Positions 30,617-40,923 of a stretch of DNA of 64,000 nucleotides are shown here, piece by piece (within the stretch, counting starts at the first letter, position 1; every line of letters starts with the position of its first letter). Both the position numbers and the translations under genes were made by a program. The notes beneath the pieces are model-generated. The model made no database searches and had not been told where the DNA came from. It saw only the letters and a program-made list of their open reading frames with translations. The stretch is from the NCBI GenBank assembly GCA_964540105.1, contig CAZILL010000002.1, positions 909,102 through 973,101 on the forward strand, written 5' to 3'. The stretch is from an uncultured Ignavibacteriales bacterium (GTDB lineage: Bacteria; Zixibacteria; MSB-5A5; GN15; FEB-12).

Positions 30617-31396
30617 ATGGACTACGGTGTCATTACCATCGGACGGCGCGGCGTCAATTTCATCAACCGCGTCGGCGGGCTCTGCATCATGTTCGGCCGG
30701 TTTATTCTCTCCGTCAAGGATATCCCTCGATCGCTCGGACTCATCTTCGAACAACTCTACGCTATCGGGGTGCGATCCCTCCCCTTGATCATTGTGATCT
30801 CGATTTTCGTGGGAGCCGTCTCCGCCTGGCAGGCGGCCTATCAGTTCAAATTCATAGGGGCACCCTTGCGCTATCTGGGGCAGGCTGTTGGCAAGGCCGT
30901 CGTGATCGAACTCGCGCCGGTCCTCTCCGCGCTTGTATTCGCCGGTCGCGTCGGCGCCGGCATCAGCGCCGAGCTGGGAACAATGCGCGTCACCGAACAG
31001 ATCGACGCTCTTGAGACTATGGGTATAAGCCCGATACGATACCTGGTCATGCCGCGCGTGCTGGCCTGCATGTTCATGCTCCCACTGCTCGTTGTCTTTG
31101 CAAATTTCATCGCCATTTTCGGCGGATTGGTCGTTGCTGTGCTGGGTGTCAACGTCTCCACGGAAACCTTCCTTGACGGCTTCCGCGTCTCCTTCCAGAT
31201 AACTGACTTCATAAACGGTCTGACCAAAGCCGGCATCTTCGGGCTGCTCATCGCACTGGTCGGATGCTACGAGGGGTTTCATGCCGGCGGCGGCGCTGAA
31301 GGGGTTGGCTCCGCCGCCACCTCTGCCGTAGTCATCTCGTCCGTTCTGATTCTCGTCTTCAATTTCATTTTCGCCATCCTCATGTTCCGTATCTGA
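30617..31396 (+). CDS. mlaE: MlaE-family ABC transporter permease
   Basis: ELAPVL, GRVGAGISAELGTMRVTEQIDALETMG, GGAEGVG. Confidence 0.9.
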   Translation: MDYGVITIGRRGVNFINRVGGLCIMFGRFILSVKDIPRSLGLIFEQLYAIGVRSLPLIIVISIFVGAVSAWQAAYQFKFIGAPLRYLGQAVGKAVVIELAPVLSALVFAGRVGAGISAELGTMRVTEQIDALETMGISPIRYLVMPRVLACMFMLPLLVVFANFIAIFGGLVVAVLGVNVSTETFLDGFRVSFQITDFINGLTKAGIFGLLIALVGCYEGFHAGGGAEGVGSAATSAVVISSVLILVFNFIFAILMFRI

Positions 31397-31401
31397 ACTC
31401 C

Positions 31402-32160
31402 ATGGACGATCGGTACCTCTTCATCAGCAATCTCAAGAAATCGTTCGGTCGGCAGTTGGTGCTGGATAGTGTCACGCTCGACATTCGCAAAGGGGAGTCG
31501 ATCGTGATCATCGGTCAGTCCGGCGGTGGCAAATCGGTTCTACTCAAACATCTTGTCCGTCTGCTGGAACCCGACGAAGGGTCGGTCACTTTCTGCGGGC
31601 AGGACATCAGCTCGCTCGATTCGCGTTCGCTTGCGGCCATGCGCCAGCGCTTTGGCATGCTCTTCCAGTCGGCAGCCCTCTTCGACTCTCTCACCGTCGC
31701 CGAGAATGTGGGGCTCGGCCTCAAGGAGTCGCATCGTTACAGCCAATCCGAAATTGACGATACCGTTCTCGAGAAACTCGACCTCGTGGGACTTGCGTCA
31801 GCGGCTGAGAGCTATCCCGCTGAACTTTCCGGCGGCATGCGCAAGCGGGTCGGTCTGGCGCGCGCTATCGCCAATAGCCCGGAGGTCCTGCTCTACGACG
31901 AACCCACGACTGGGCTTGACCCGATCACTGCCGATCTCATCAACGACCTGATCCGCGAACTGAACCGAAAACTCAGTGTGACGTCAGTTGCCGTCACCCA
32001 TGACATGCGCTCGGCCTACAAGATCGCCGACCGCATCGTCATGCTGTATCAGGGAAAGATCGAATTCGACGGGACCCCTGATCAGGTTCGTTCGACCGAC
32101 AACGCGATCGTACGCCAGTTTATCACCGGTCAGGCCCACGGTCCCATACAGGTTCGCTGA
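31402..32160 (+). CDS. mlaF: MlaF-family ABC transporter ATP-binding protein
   Basis: GQSGGGKS, FQSAALFDSLTV.ENV, LSGGMRKRVGLARA, YDEPTTGLDP. Confidence 0.9.
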   Translation: MDDRYLFISNLKKSFGRQLVLDSVTLDIRKGESIVIIGQSGGGKSVLLKHLVRLLEPDEGSVTFCGQDISSLDSRSLAAMRQRFGMLFQSAALFDSLTVAENVGLGLKESHRYSQSEIDDTVLEKLDLVGLASAAESYPAELSGGMRKRVGLARAIANSPEVLLYDEPTTGLDPITADLINDLIRELNRKLSVTSVAVTHDMRSAYKIADRIVMLYQGKIEFDGTPDQVRSTDNAIVRQFITGQAHGPIQVR

Positions 32161-33524
32161 TGATTGAAGGCCGCAAGACTCGCACTGCCTACTTCTGTTC
32201 CCAATGCGGCGCCGAGCACCCTCGGTGGCAGGGACAATGCCGCGAATGTGCTGTATGGAACTGCCTCATCGAAGAACGACTCCCTGATCGTAAACGCGCC
32301 GCTCACAAGCGAGCTCCTGCTGAAGTTAGAACGATCGCCGAGATTTCGGATGAATCACTTGATGGCCATCGCTCCGGCCTCGCGGAATTCGACCGCGTTC
32401 TCGGTGGACAGCTCGTGGCCGGAATGACCATTCTCCTGGGCGGCGATCCGGGTATCGGTAAATCGACGCTCATGCTGCAGGCCGCGGACGCCTATTCCAA
32501 GCAGGGTCTCGCTGTGCTCTATATCTCCGGCGAGGAATCCTTGTCGCAGATCAAGATTCGCGCCAATCGCCTGAATGTCTCAGGTGACGCCATCACCGTT
32601 GCCAATGTCACGGCTCTCGACGAGATTGTACATCTGATCGAGAACACTGAGTATGCGGTGATTCTCGTCGATTCCATTCAGACCGTGGCCTCACCGCAAT
32701 TCGATTCTCCTCCGGGCACGGTTGCGCAGATTCGCGAGGCCGCCTCGAGCCTCATCACCCTGGCCAAGAAGAAAGGGTTTGCGCTCTTCCTGGTTGGACA
32801 TGTCACCAAGGATGGTCTTGTCGCTGGTCCCAAGGTCCTCGAACATATGGTCGACACCGTGTTGTATTTCGAGGGAGATTCCGCGCATCTCTATCGCATT
32901 TTGCGCGCCACCAAGAACCGCTTCGGGTCGGTCGCCGAAATAGGTCTCTTTCAGATGGCATCCGATGGCCTCATCGAGGTCACCAATCCTTCTTCGCTCT
33001 TCCTGGCCGGAGATCTGTCCGAAGCCCGCCCGGGGGCTGTGGTCGCAGGGATCTGCGAGGGGAACCGCCCCCTGCTGATTGAGGTCCAGGCGCTTGTTTC
33101 ACGAGCCAACTACGGTACTCCGCAGCGTGTCGCCGGCGGCATCGACAATAAACGACTCGCTTTGTTGCTGGCGATTCTCGAAAAGCGCTGTGATTACCCT
33201 ATGTCTGCTCACGACGTCTTTGTGTCAGTGGCCGGCGGACTCAAGCTCTCTGAACCTGCGCTCGATCTCCCCATTCTGGTTGCCATCGCCTCATCGCTGC
33301 TGAACAAGCCCGTCCTGCGCAAAGCGATGGTTGTCGGCGAAGTCGGCCTCTCGGGAGAAGTTCGGGGCATAACCCTGATCGATCGGCGGGCGGCCGAAGC
33401 CTCAAAGCTCGGCTTTGAGACGATTATCATTCCGCATTCCAACCGCAGCCACCTTCACGACAAATCCCTCCGTGTGATCGGCGTGAAAGATATTCAGTCC
33501 GCCTTGAGTTCCGCCCTTGAATAG
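32160..33524 (+). CDS. radA: DNA repair protein RadA/Sms
   Basis: CSQC...CREC zinc finger, GGDPGIGKSTL, KNRFG motif, GEVGLSGE. Confidence 0.96.
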   Translation: MIEGRKTRTAYFCSQCGAEHPRWQGQCRECAVWNCLIEERLPDRKRAAHKRAPAEVRTIAEISDESLDGHRSGLAEFDRVLGGQLVAGMTILLGGDPGIGKSTLMLQAADAYSKQGLAVLYISGEESLSQIKIRANRLNVSGDAITVANVTALDEIVHLIENTEYAVILVDSIQTVASPQFDSPPGTVAQIREAASSLITLAKKKGFALFLVGHVTKDGLVAGPKVLEHMVDTVLYFEGDSAHLYRILRATKNRFGSVAEIGLFQMASDGLIEVTNPSSLFLAGDLSEARPGAVVAGICEGNRPLLIEVQALVSRANYGTPQRVAGGIDNKRLALLLAILEKRCDYPMSAHDVFVSVAGGLKLSEPALDLPILVAIASSLLNKPVLRKAMVVGEVGLSGEVRGITLIDRRAAEASKLGFETIIIPHSNRSHLHDKSLRVIGVKDIQSALSSALE

Positions 33525-34647
33525 AGAGCCTATTCTTTCCATCACCCGCACTGATGCCGCCGCGCGCAGGGGAGAGCTTTCCACGCCTCACGGTCGGGTG
33601 CAGACTCCCGCCTTTATGCCGGTCGGCACATCAGGGGCCGTCAAGGCAATGACCTCAGAAGATCTCGAACAGATTGGCGCCGAGATCATCCTTGGCAACA
33701 CCTACCATCTCTACTTACGCCCCGGTACGGAAGTCATCAAGGCCCAGGGGGGCTTGGCGAAATTCAATGCCTGGCACAAACCCACCTTGACCGACAGTGG
33801 CGGTTTTCAAGTCTTCTCCTTGAAAGAGATTACGAAAGTTACCGACGACGGTGTCGAGTTTCAGTCACACCACGACGGCTCGCGGCACTTCTTCACACCC
33901 GAGCGCGTCATGGAGATCGAGCATGCGATTGGCGCCGATGTCATCATGGCTTTCGACCAGTGTGTCCCGTATCCCTCCAGCGAGCGAGACGCCTCAGTCG
34001 GTGTTGCTCGAACCTTCGAATGGGCCAAGCGATGTCTCATCGCGCACAGTCAATCCCCAGAACGTTCGCAGTCCCTGTTTGGCATTGTACAGGGCTCTGT
34101 CTATAAGACGCTGCGCACCCAGTCGGCAGAACAGCTTGTCGCTCTCGATCTCCCCGGCTACGCCGTCGGCGGGCTTGCCGTGGGCGAGTCAAAGACCGAG
34201 ATGGAAGAGACCCTGGCCCACACTATCCAATATCTCCCGACCGACAAGCCGCGTTATCTTATGGGAGTTGGCTATCCAGAGGATATTCTCATGGCCGTTT
34301 CTCACGGCGTTGACATGTTCGATTGTGTTCTCCCCACTCGTAACGCCCGCACCGGCGCGGTCTTCACCTCCCACGGACAGATCGTCTACCGCAACGCGCA
34401 GTATGCCAGTGACGATCGCCCGCTCGACCCTGACTGCAGCTGTCGCGTCTGTCGCCGCTACAGCCGCGCCTATCTCCGCCATCTGTTCAACCAGTCCGAG
34501 ATTACTGGGATGGTCCTCGCTTCGTATCACTCCTGTTACTTCTTTCAGAATCTCATGCGCGGCATACGCTCGGCTATCGAGCAGGGAGCTTTCTCCGCCT
34601 TCCGAAAGCGGTTTCTTGCAACGTACAGTTCTGAGGATGGAGCGTGA
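33517..34647 (+). CDS. tgt: tRNA-guanine transglycosylase
   Basis: TPAFMPVGT, NTYHLYLRPG, TDSGGFQVFSL, GGLAVGE, PRYLMGVG, DMFDCVLPTRNAR, CSC..C zinc site. Confidence 0.96.
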   Translation: MNREPILSITRTDAAARRGELSTPHGRVQTPAFMPVGTSGAVKAMTSEDLEQIGAEIILGNTYHLYLRPGTEVIKAQGGLAKFNAWHKPTLTDSGGFQVFSLKEITKVTDDGVEFQSHHDGSRHFFTPERVMEIEHAIGADVIMAFDQCVPYPSSERDASVGVARTFEWAKRCLIAHSQSPERSQSLFGIVQGSVYKTLRTQSAEQLVALDLPGYAVGGLAVGESKTEMEETLAHTIQYLPTDKPRYLMGVGYPEDILMAVSHGVDMFDCVLPTRNARTGAVFTSHGQIVYRNAQYASDDRPLDPDCSCRVCRRYSRAYLRHLFNQSEITGMVLASYHSCYFFQNLMRGIRSAIEQGAFSAFRKRFLATYSSEDGA

Positions 34648-35270
34648 ACGAAGTCCCTTTGATGTTCCAGCCGCGTGCGCTCCGCCGCGCCGAACGGCGC
34701 CTTGCGTCAGCCGATCCGGTTCTCGCCCGCATCATCAAGCAGGCCGGCCCATGCCGTTTCAACCATCGCCCCGGCGGCTTCCACACTCTGGCTGAGATCA
34801 TTATCCACCAGCAGCTCTCAACCGTGGTCGCCGTCCGAATCTTTGCGCGGTTGAAACGTTTGGCGAAGTGCTCCCGCCTGAGCGCTGTCTCCATCGAACG
34901 CCTTTCCGATGAAGCTCTCCGCGGCGTCGGCGTCTCGCCCCAGAAAATTCGCTACTTGCGAGATCTGGTCGACAAAGTCCGAGCCCGCTCCCTTCCTCTC
35001 TCGCGGCTGCATGTCATGCGCGACGAGGAAGTTGTCGACGCTCTCATCACTGTCAAGGGGCTCGGCCGCTGGAGCGCCGAAATGTATCTGATGTTCACAC
35101 TTGGGCGAGTTGATCTGTTCTCGTTCGGCGACAACGGACTGCAAACAGCTGTGCGCAACCTCTACGGCGTCGACGGCAAACCCGCTAATCTCGAGAAATT
35201 CGCAGAGCGGTGGAAGCCATATCGAACCATCGCCTGCTGGTATTTGTGGCAAAGTCTCCAATTGAAGTAA
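34644..35270 (+). CDS. DNA-3-methyladenine glycosylase II (AlkA family)
   Basis: IIHQQLS, GVSPQK..Y, helix-hairpin-helix VKGLGRWSAEMYL, WKPYRT. Confidence 0.9.
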   Translation: MNEVPLMFQPRALRRAERRLASADPVLARIIKQAGPCRFNHRPGGFHTLAEIIIHQQLSTVVAVRIFARLKRLAKCSRLSAVSIERLSDEALRGVGVSPQKIRYLRDLVDKVRARSLPLSRLHVMRDEEVVDALITVKGLGRWSAEMYLMFTLGRVDLFSFGDNGLQTAVRNLYGVDGKPANLEKFAERWKPYRTIACWYLWQSLQLK

Positions 35271-35355
35271 GGACGTAGTTCGAAGTTCCCTGCTCCCACG
35301 GCGTAACTAACTGCCAGATAGCGAGATGTCCGGGCGAAGCAGTCCGGAAAAGCCG

Positions 35356-35383
35356 TTGACATCATCCCCTAATAGGATATATT
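35356..35383 (+). promoter_or_regulatory. Sigma70-type promoter TTGACA-N16-TATATT
   Basis: Consensus -35 and near-consensus -10 upstream of the aldehyde dehydrogenase. Confidence 0.65.
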
Positions 35384-35403
35384 ACAGCCTTTATGTCGGC
35401 GTA

Positions 35404-35421
35404 CTGTGAATAAATTCACAA
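35404..35421. promoter_or_regulatory. Putative Rex operator CTGTGAA-TAAA-TTCACAA
   Basis: 13/14 match to TTGTGAA-N4-TTCACAA, just downstream of the predicted promoter (a repressor position). Confidence 0.65.
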
Positions 35422-35474
35422 CCGCTCGAACGGAAGGCTGACAACACATTGTTGGTGAGATAAGGAACTTCGAT

Positions 35475-36971
35475 ATGAACACGTCGCACACTTACAAAAA
35501 CTTCATAAACGGCGAATGGGTCAGCTCTCGCTCCGGACAAACCTCCGAAAACAGAAACCCCGCCAACACCGACGAACTGGTCGGCAATTTCCAGAAATCG
35601 ACAGTTGACGATGTCAGGGCCGCAATCGATGCCGCCAGCGAAGCCTACAAGAAGTGGCGCCTTGTTCCCGCCCCCAAAAGGGGCGAAATCCTCTACCGCA
35701 TCGCGGCCCGGTTGACAGATAACAAAGAGCAGTTTTCCCGTGACATGACCCGGGAAATGGGGAAGATCCTCATCGAAACACGCGGTGATGTTCAGGAAGC
35801 GATCGACATGACCTACTACATGGCCGGCGAAGGGCGTCGACTCCTGGGCATGACCACACCCTCTGAGCTTCCCAACAAATTCAACATGACCGTCCGCCAG
35901 CCGCTCGGCGTTTGCGCTTTCATCACGCCGTGGAATTTCCCGATGGCCATCCCATCGTGGAAGATGATGCCCGCGCTCATCTGCGGTAACACCGTTGTCA
36001 TCAAGCCGGCCACCGACACCCCTCTCTCTGTTGTCAATCTGATGAAGGCCTGTGAAGAGGAGGGACTTCCGCCCGGTGTTGTGAACCTTGTCACCGGATC
36101 GGGCGGCACACTTGGCGACGCGTTGATCAACGATGACCGCGTGAAAATCGTCTCGTTCACCGGATCGACGGATACCGGCCGCAAGGTCTCCCAGGCCTGC
36201 GCGACGAAGTTCAAACATTCCTGCCTCGAGATGGGGGGCAAGAACGTCCAGATCGTGATGAACGACGCCAACCTCGAGCTCGCCGCTGAAGGGGCCCTCT
36301 GGGGAGCGTTTGGCACTACCGGTCAACGTTGCACCGCGACCAGTCGTCTTATCGTACACAGGGATGTCGCCGCGAAATTCATCCCGATGTTGGTCGAGCG
36401 GGCGCGGAAACTGAAAGTTGGAAATGGGCTCGACGAATCCGTGAACATGGGCCCCTGTGTGAACCAGGCCCAGCTTACGAACGCGCTGAACTATATCGAA
36501 ATCGGCAAGAAGGAGGGAGCGAAGCTCGCTACCGGAGGGGAGCGTCTCACCGGCAAAGAGTACGACAAAGGGTTCTTCGTTCAACCATCAATCTTCACCG
36601 ACGTTACCCGTACCATGCGCCTCTGGAAAGAAGAGATCTTTGGCCCGGTCCTGAGCATCGGAACTTTCAGCTCCTTCGATGAAGCCGTCGAACTGGCCAA
36701 TGACACGATCTATGGTCTCTCGGCTTCCATCTACACCCAGGACATCAACAAGGCATATGTCGCCATGCGCGATGTCTATACCGGCATCTTCTATGTCAAT
36801 GCCCCGACCATCGGCGCTGAGACGCACCTCCCGTTTGGTGGCACGAAGGAGACCGGTAACGGCCATCGCGAGGCAGCAACGGCCGCGCTCGATGTGTACA
36901 GTGAATGGAAATCAGTCTACGTCGATTTCAGCGGTACTATCCAGCGTGCCCAGATCGACAACGCTGACTGA
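35475..36971 (+). CDS. NAD(P)-dependent aldehyde dehydrogenase
   Basis: ITPWNFP, SFTGST, LEMGGKN, catalytic GQRCTA, EEIFGPV, PFGG.K. Confidence 0.95.
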   Translation: MNTSHTYKNFINGEWVSSRSGQTSENRNPANTDELVGNFQKSTVDDVRAAIDAASEAYKKWRLVPAPKRGEILYRIAARLTDNKEQFSRDMTREMGKILIETRGDVQEAIDMTYYMAGEGRRLLGMTTPSELPNKFNMTVRQPLGVCAFITPWNFPMAIPSWKMMPALICGNTVVIKPATDTPLSVVNLMKACEEEGLPPGVVNLVTGSGGTLGDALINDDRVKIVSFTGSTDTGRKVSQACATKFKHSCLEMGGKNVQIVMNDANLELAAEGALWGAFGTTGQRCTATSRLIVHRDVAAKFIPMLVERARKLKVGNGLDESVNMGPCVNQAQLTNALNYIEIGKKEGAKLATGGERLTGKEYDKGFFVQPSIFTDVTRTMRLWKEEIFGPVLSIGTFSSFDEAVELANDTIYGLSASIYTQDINKAYVAMRDVYTGIFYVNAPTIGAETHLPFGGTKETGNGHREAATAALDVYSEWKSVYVDFSGTIQRAQIDNAD

Positions 36972-37180
36972 GTAGATGGCCGACCTGTGATGAAGACAAC
37001 ATCGAAAAGGAACTGCTCGTCATAATGTCCAGAGCGAGATACATACTCTCCGATTCTGAGGCTCATCGTCTGTGGTACCTTGTCCTCTTTATCTGGCTCT
37101 CCTCGTCGATATGACGCCCGTCCGGCAATCGACAGAAGGAGAAGGGATAAACCAGAAACGAGAAGATTTAGGAGACTCAC

Positions 37181-38542
37181 ATGCTGAGCAAGAAACGTAA
37201 GATCATAATCATGGGCGCCGCCGGGCGCGACTTCCACAATTTCAACACGCTGTATCGCAACAATGACAGTGTCGAGGTGGTCGCTTTCACTGCCACTCAG
37301 ATTCCCGACATCCAGGGTCGCAAGTATCCTGTGCAGTTGGCTGGTAAACTCTACCCCAAAGGAATTCCAATCTACGATGAAAGCGAGTTGCTCGGCCTCA
37401 TCAAGAAACACGCTGTCGACGAGGTCGTTTTCTCCTACTCCGACGTTCCCTACCAGTACGTCATGGAAAAAGCTGCATACGTGATGGCAGCAGGCGCGCG
37501 CTTTTCCGTCGAGGGGGGCCGGCCGACCATGATCAAGTCCTCAAAGCCGGTGGTCGCGGTCTGTGCTATTCGTACCGGTTCCGGTAAGTCGCAGACAACC
37601 CGCAAAGTTGCTTCGGTCTTGCAGGGCATGGGCAAGAAGGTCGTGGCCATCCGTCACCCCATGCCTTACGGTGACCTGACCAAGCAGATCTGCCAGCGTT
37701 TTGGCTCAATAGCCGACCTTACCAAACACAAATGTACGATCGAGGAACGGGAAGAGTACGAGCCCCATATCGTCAATGGCGTCACCGTCTATGCCGGCAT
37801 CGACTACGAAGTCATCATTCGTCAGGCCGAAAAAGAGGCCGACGTCATTCTCTGGGATGGCGGCAACAACGATATGGCGTTCTATCAGCCCGATCTGTAC
37901 ATCACCGTCGTCGATCCCCATCGCCCCGGCCACGAACTGACCTACTATCCCGGGCAAAACAACCTGTTGTTGGCCGATGTGGTCGTGATTAACAAGATCG
38001 ATTCTGCTATTCCGAACAATGTAGCCGAGGTCCGCTCCAATGTACGCAAATACAACCCGAACGCTGAGATCATCGAAGCGGCTTCCCCCATCGCTGTTGA
38101 CAAACCGGAGCTGATCAAGGGAAAGCGCGTCTTGGTCGTTGAAGATGGACCGACCCTGACCCACGGCGAAATGAAATATGGCGCCGGGGTCGTAGCGGCT
38201 CATAAACTCGGAGCCAGGGAAATCGTCGATCCGCGCCCCTTTACTGTTCAATCCATCACGGATACCTTCAGGAAATATCCTAATATCGGACCTTTGCTTC
38301 CAGCCATGGGCTACGGTGCAAAGCAGATCAAGGACCTGGAAGCGACTATCAATCGGACCAAGTGTGATCTTGTGATCATTGCCACCCCAATCGATCTCAC
38401 TCGCCTGATCAAGATCAATAAGCCCTTCGTCCGCGTGTTCTACAGTCTGCAGGAGATCGGGCAACCGAATCTGGCAACTGTTCTGCAACAGAAGTTCGGA
38501 CATCAGGCGACCCCCAGGAAGGTCAAGAAGTCCGGCCGGTGA
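37181..38542 (+). CDS. arcE: Cyclic 2,3-diphosphoglycerate synthetase-like P-loop protein; probable arginine synthetase
   Basis: MGAAGRDFHNFN, RTGSGKS, RHPMPYG, TIEEREEYEPH, WDGGNND, EDGPTLTHG, LPAMGY; immediately upstream of carbamate kinase. Confidence 0.72.
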   Translation: MLSKKRKIIIMGAAGRDFHNFNTLYRNNDSVEVVAFTATQIPDIQGRKYPVQLAGKLYPKGIPIYDESELLGLIKKHAVDEVVFSYSDVPYQYVMEKAAYVMAAGARFSVEGGRPTMIKSSKPVVAVCAIRTGSGKSQTTRKVASVLQGMGKKVVAIRHPMPYGDLTKQICQRFGSIADLTKHKCTIEEREEYEPHIVNGVTVYAGIDYEVIIRQAEKEADVILWDGGNNDMAFYQPDLYITVVDPHRPGHELTYYPGQNNLLLADVVVINKIDSAIPNNVAEVRSNVRKYNPNAEIIEAASPIAVDKPELIKGKRVLVVEDGPTLTHGEMKYGAGVVAAHKLGAREIVDPRPFTVQSITDTFRKYPNIGPLLPAMGYGAKQIKDLEATINRTKCDLVIIATPIDLTRLIKINKPFVRVFYSLQEIGQPNLATVLQQKFGHQATPRKVKKSGR

Positions 38543-38578
38543 CAACGTGACCCACTCACTTCAAGGCATGACGGCACT

Positions 38579-39526
38579 ATGAAATCCAGAACTGCGGTGA
38601 TAGCGCTGGGCGGAAACGCGATCACCCAACCCGATCAGGAAGACACGATTGCCAATCAGTTTGCCAATACGCGGCGCTCGCTCGATGTCATCGTCGAGCT
38701 TGCCCGCGACGGTTACAATCTGGTTGTCACTCATGGCAACGGCCCCCAGGTCGGCAACGCTCTGCTGCGCGTCGAACTGGCGCGCGACAAGGCTCCCATC
38801 CTCCCGCTGGGTGTCCTTGTGGGTGACACCGAGGGGGGCATGGGCTATATGATCGAGCAGTCCCTTCAGAATCGCCTCACGACCGAGAGAATCAACCGCC
38901 CCGTGGTCACCATGATCACTCAGATCATCGTCGACGAGCATGATCCTGCCGTCCTGAACCCGTCCAAGTTCATTGGCCAATTCTACAGCGAAGAAGAAGC
39001 GCGCTATTTCGAGAAGACGCGTGAGTGGCAAATGAAAAAGGATGCCGATCGCGGATGGCGACGGGTAGTGCCTTCCCCGACACCTCTGAGAGTTGTGGAG
39101 GCGGAAACGATCAAGAAGCTCGTCGACTCTGGAGTCATCGTCATTGCCGGGGGTGGCGGCGGCATTCCCGTATTCGTCGATCAACGCGGCCTTCTGGAAG
39201 GGATGGATGCCGTCATCGACAAGGATCTCGGCTCCGCTCTCATCGGGCGGGAAATCGGCGCAGGCATCCTCTCCATTCTCACCTCCGTGGAGAACGTCGC
39301 ACTCGATTTTGGCAGCGCGAAGCCGCGGCCGCTCGAGATCTGTACCTTGTCAGAGATCAAGAAACACTACGCCGACGGCCAGTTTCCAGCGGGCTCAATG
39401 GCTCCCAAGATTCTCGCCGCCATAAAGTTTTTGGAGAACGGCGGGGAAATGGTTACCATATCGTCATTCACCAATGCCCGCGCCGCCGTCAATGGACACG
39501 CGGGGACAAGGATCGTGCCTGATTGA
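38579..39526 (+). CDS. arcC: Carbamate kinase
   Basis: ALGGNA, THGNGPQVG, PSKFIG, WRRVVPSP, GGGGIPV, AVIDKD, GSMAPKI. Confidence 0.96.
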   Translation: MKSRTAVIALGGNAITQPDQEDTIANQFANTRRSLDVIVELARDGYNLVVTHGNGPQVGNALLRVELARDKAPILPLGVLVGDTEGGMGYMIEQSLQNRLTTERINRPVVTMITQIIVDEHDPAVLNPSKFIGQFYSEEEARYFEKTREWQMKKDADRGWRRVVPSPTPLRVVEAETIKKLVDSGVIVIAGGGGGIPVFVDQRGLLEGMDAVIDKDLGSALIGREIGAGILSILTSVENVALDFGSAKPRPLEICTLSEIKKHYADGQFPAGSMAPKILAAIKFLENGGEMVTISSFTNARAAVNGHAGTRIVPD

Positions 39527-39528
39527 AT

Positions 39529-40923
39529 ATGTGTAGACTTTCCCAGGAATCGATCGATGTCATCCTCAAGCGAGGCCGCATTTATGAGGTCGGTGGTTGC
39601 GTCCGCGACCGCTTCCTCAAAAGGGGAGAGGATGTCAAGGATCGCGATTACCTCGTCACCGGCATTCCTTTCGACGATCTCACCGGTATTCTGAAAACCT
39701 ACGGCCGCGTTGACCTTGTCGGGCGAAGCTTCGGAGTCATTAAGTTTACTCAGCTTCGCAAGGGTCAACCCCACACGTTCGATATTTCGCTCCCGCGCAA
39801 AGAACACTCGACCGGTCTGGCCCACACTGACTTCAGCGTCGACTTCGATCCGGCACTTCCGATTGAAGCCGACCTCGCTCGCCGCGATTTTACTGTCAAC
39901 GCCATGGCTCTCGCCCTTGACAACGAGGAGCTTGTCGATCCGCTGCATGGTCTTGTTGACCTTCAGAATCACCATCTGCGCATGACTTCACCGGTGTCAT
40001 TCTCCGAGGATCCCCTCCGGATGCTCCGCGCTGTACAATTTGCCGCTCGCTTCGGTTTTGTTCTAGAACCGTCGACCTTTGTCGCTCTTCGCGATCATGC
40101 CCACTTGATAACCTCCGTCAGCCCCGAGCGAATTGCGGAAGAGCTGACCAAGCTCCTCACTCTCGCCCAGTCTCCATCGGAAGGGTTCCGCCTCATGCAG
40201 ACTTCCGGCCTCCTCAGGGAAGTCCTTCCCGAACTGGACATCGCAGTCGGTGTCGATCAGCCCGGTGGCTATCACCGCTACGATGTCTTTGAACATATTA
40301 TCCGGACCGTCGATGCTTGCCGCCCCTCGCTCCGCCTGCGCCTTGCGGCTCTGTTCCACGACATCTGCAAACCACAAGCGAAGCGCGTTGTCGACAAAGG
40401 CGCGACATTCTACGGCCACGAAACCACCGGCGCCAGAACCGCCAAAGGCGTGATGTACCGCCTGCGCTTCCCGAGAGAACTCACTTCTGAAGTGTCGACG
40501 CTCGTTGAACGTCACATGTTCACGACCGACGTCACCGACAAAGGACTGCGCCGTCTCGTTAAGCGTGTCGGGGTTGATCTCATCTTCGAGCTGCTCGATC
40601 TCCGGCGTGCGGATGTAGTCGCGCAGGGGATGGGCGGTGTCACCGATGACGTTGATCGCTTTGAGCAGGCCATTCGTGATGAACTCTCCCGCAAGCCCCC
40701 CTTTGGTCTCGGTGATCTCGCTCTCAATGGCAGCGATCTGATGACGCTTTTCAGTCTGAAGCCCGGCCCGACTGTCGGCGACCTTCTGAACGTCCTCATG
40801 GAAAAGGTCCTGGACCAACCCGAAGACAACACCCGCGAAAAACTGACTATCTATGCTCAGGAGTTCCTTCGATCAAACCCGACGATAGTTCATACAATTA
40901 ACGATAAGGATTCACATAGATGA
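39529..40923 (+). CDS. cca: Class II CCA tRNA nucleotidyltransferase with HD domain
   Basis: VGGCVRD, DRD, RRDFTVNA, EDPLRMLRA, LFHDICKP. Confidence 0.88.
   Translation: MCRLSQESIDVILKRGRIYEVGGCVRDRFLKRGEDVKDRDYLVTGIPFDDLTGILKTYGRVDLVGRSFGVIKFTQLRKGQPHTFDISLPRKEHSTGLAHTDFSVDFDPALPIEADLARRDFTVNAMALALDNEELVDPLHGLVDLQNHHLRMTSPVSFSEDPLRMLRAVQFAARFGFVLEPSTFVALRDHAHLITSVSPERIAEELTKLLTLAQSPSEGFRLMQTSGLLREVLPELDIAVGVDQPGGYHRYDVFEHIIRTVDACRPSLRLRLAALFHDICKPQAKRVVDKGATFYGHETTGARTAKGVMYRLRFPRELTSEVSTLVERHMFTTDVTDKGLRRLVKRVGVDLIFELLDLRRADVVAQGMGGVTDDVDRFEQAIRDELSRKPPFGLGDLALNGSDLMTLFSLKPGPTVGDLLNVLMEKVLDQPEDNTREKLTIYAQEFLRSNPTIVHTINDKDSHR

Noticed and set aside
33851-34795. 314-aa alternative plus-frame ORF within tgt
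   Set aside because: Ser/Pro/Arg-rich off-frame translation overlapping a clear tgt.
35404-35421. Palindrome read as an ArgR ARG box
   Set aside because: The TGAAT/ATTCA half-sites are 2 nt apart rather than 4; the Rex consensus fits better.
36972-37180. Possible small ORF or RNA between ALDH and arcE
   Set aside because: Only short ORFs without an RBS, and no recognisable RNA motif.
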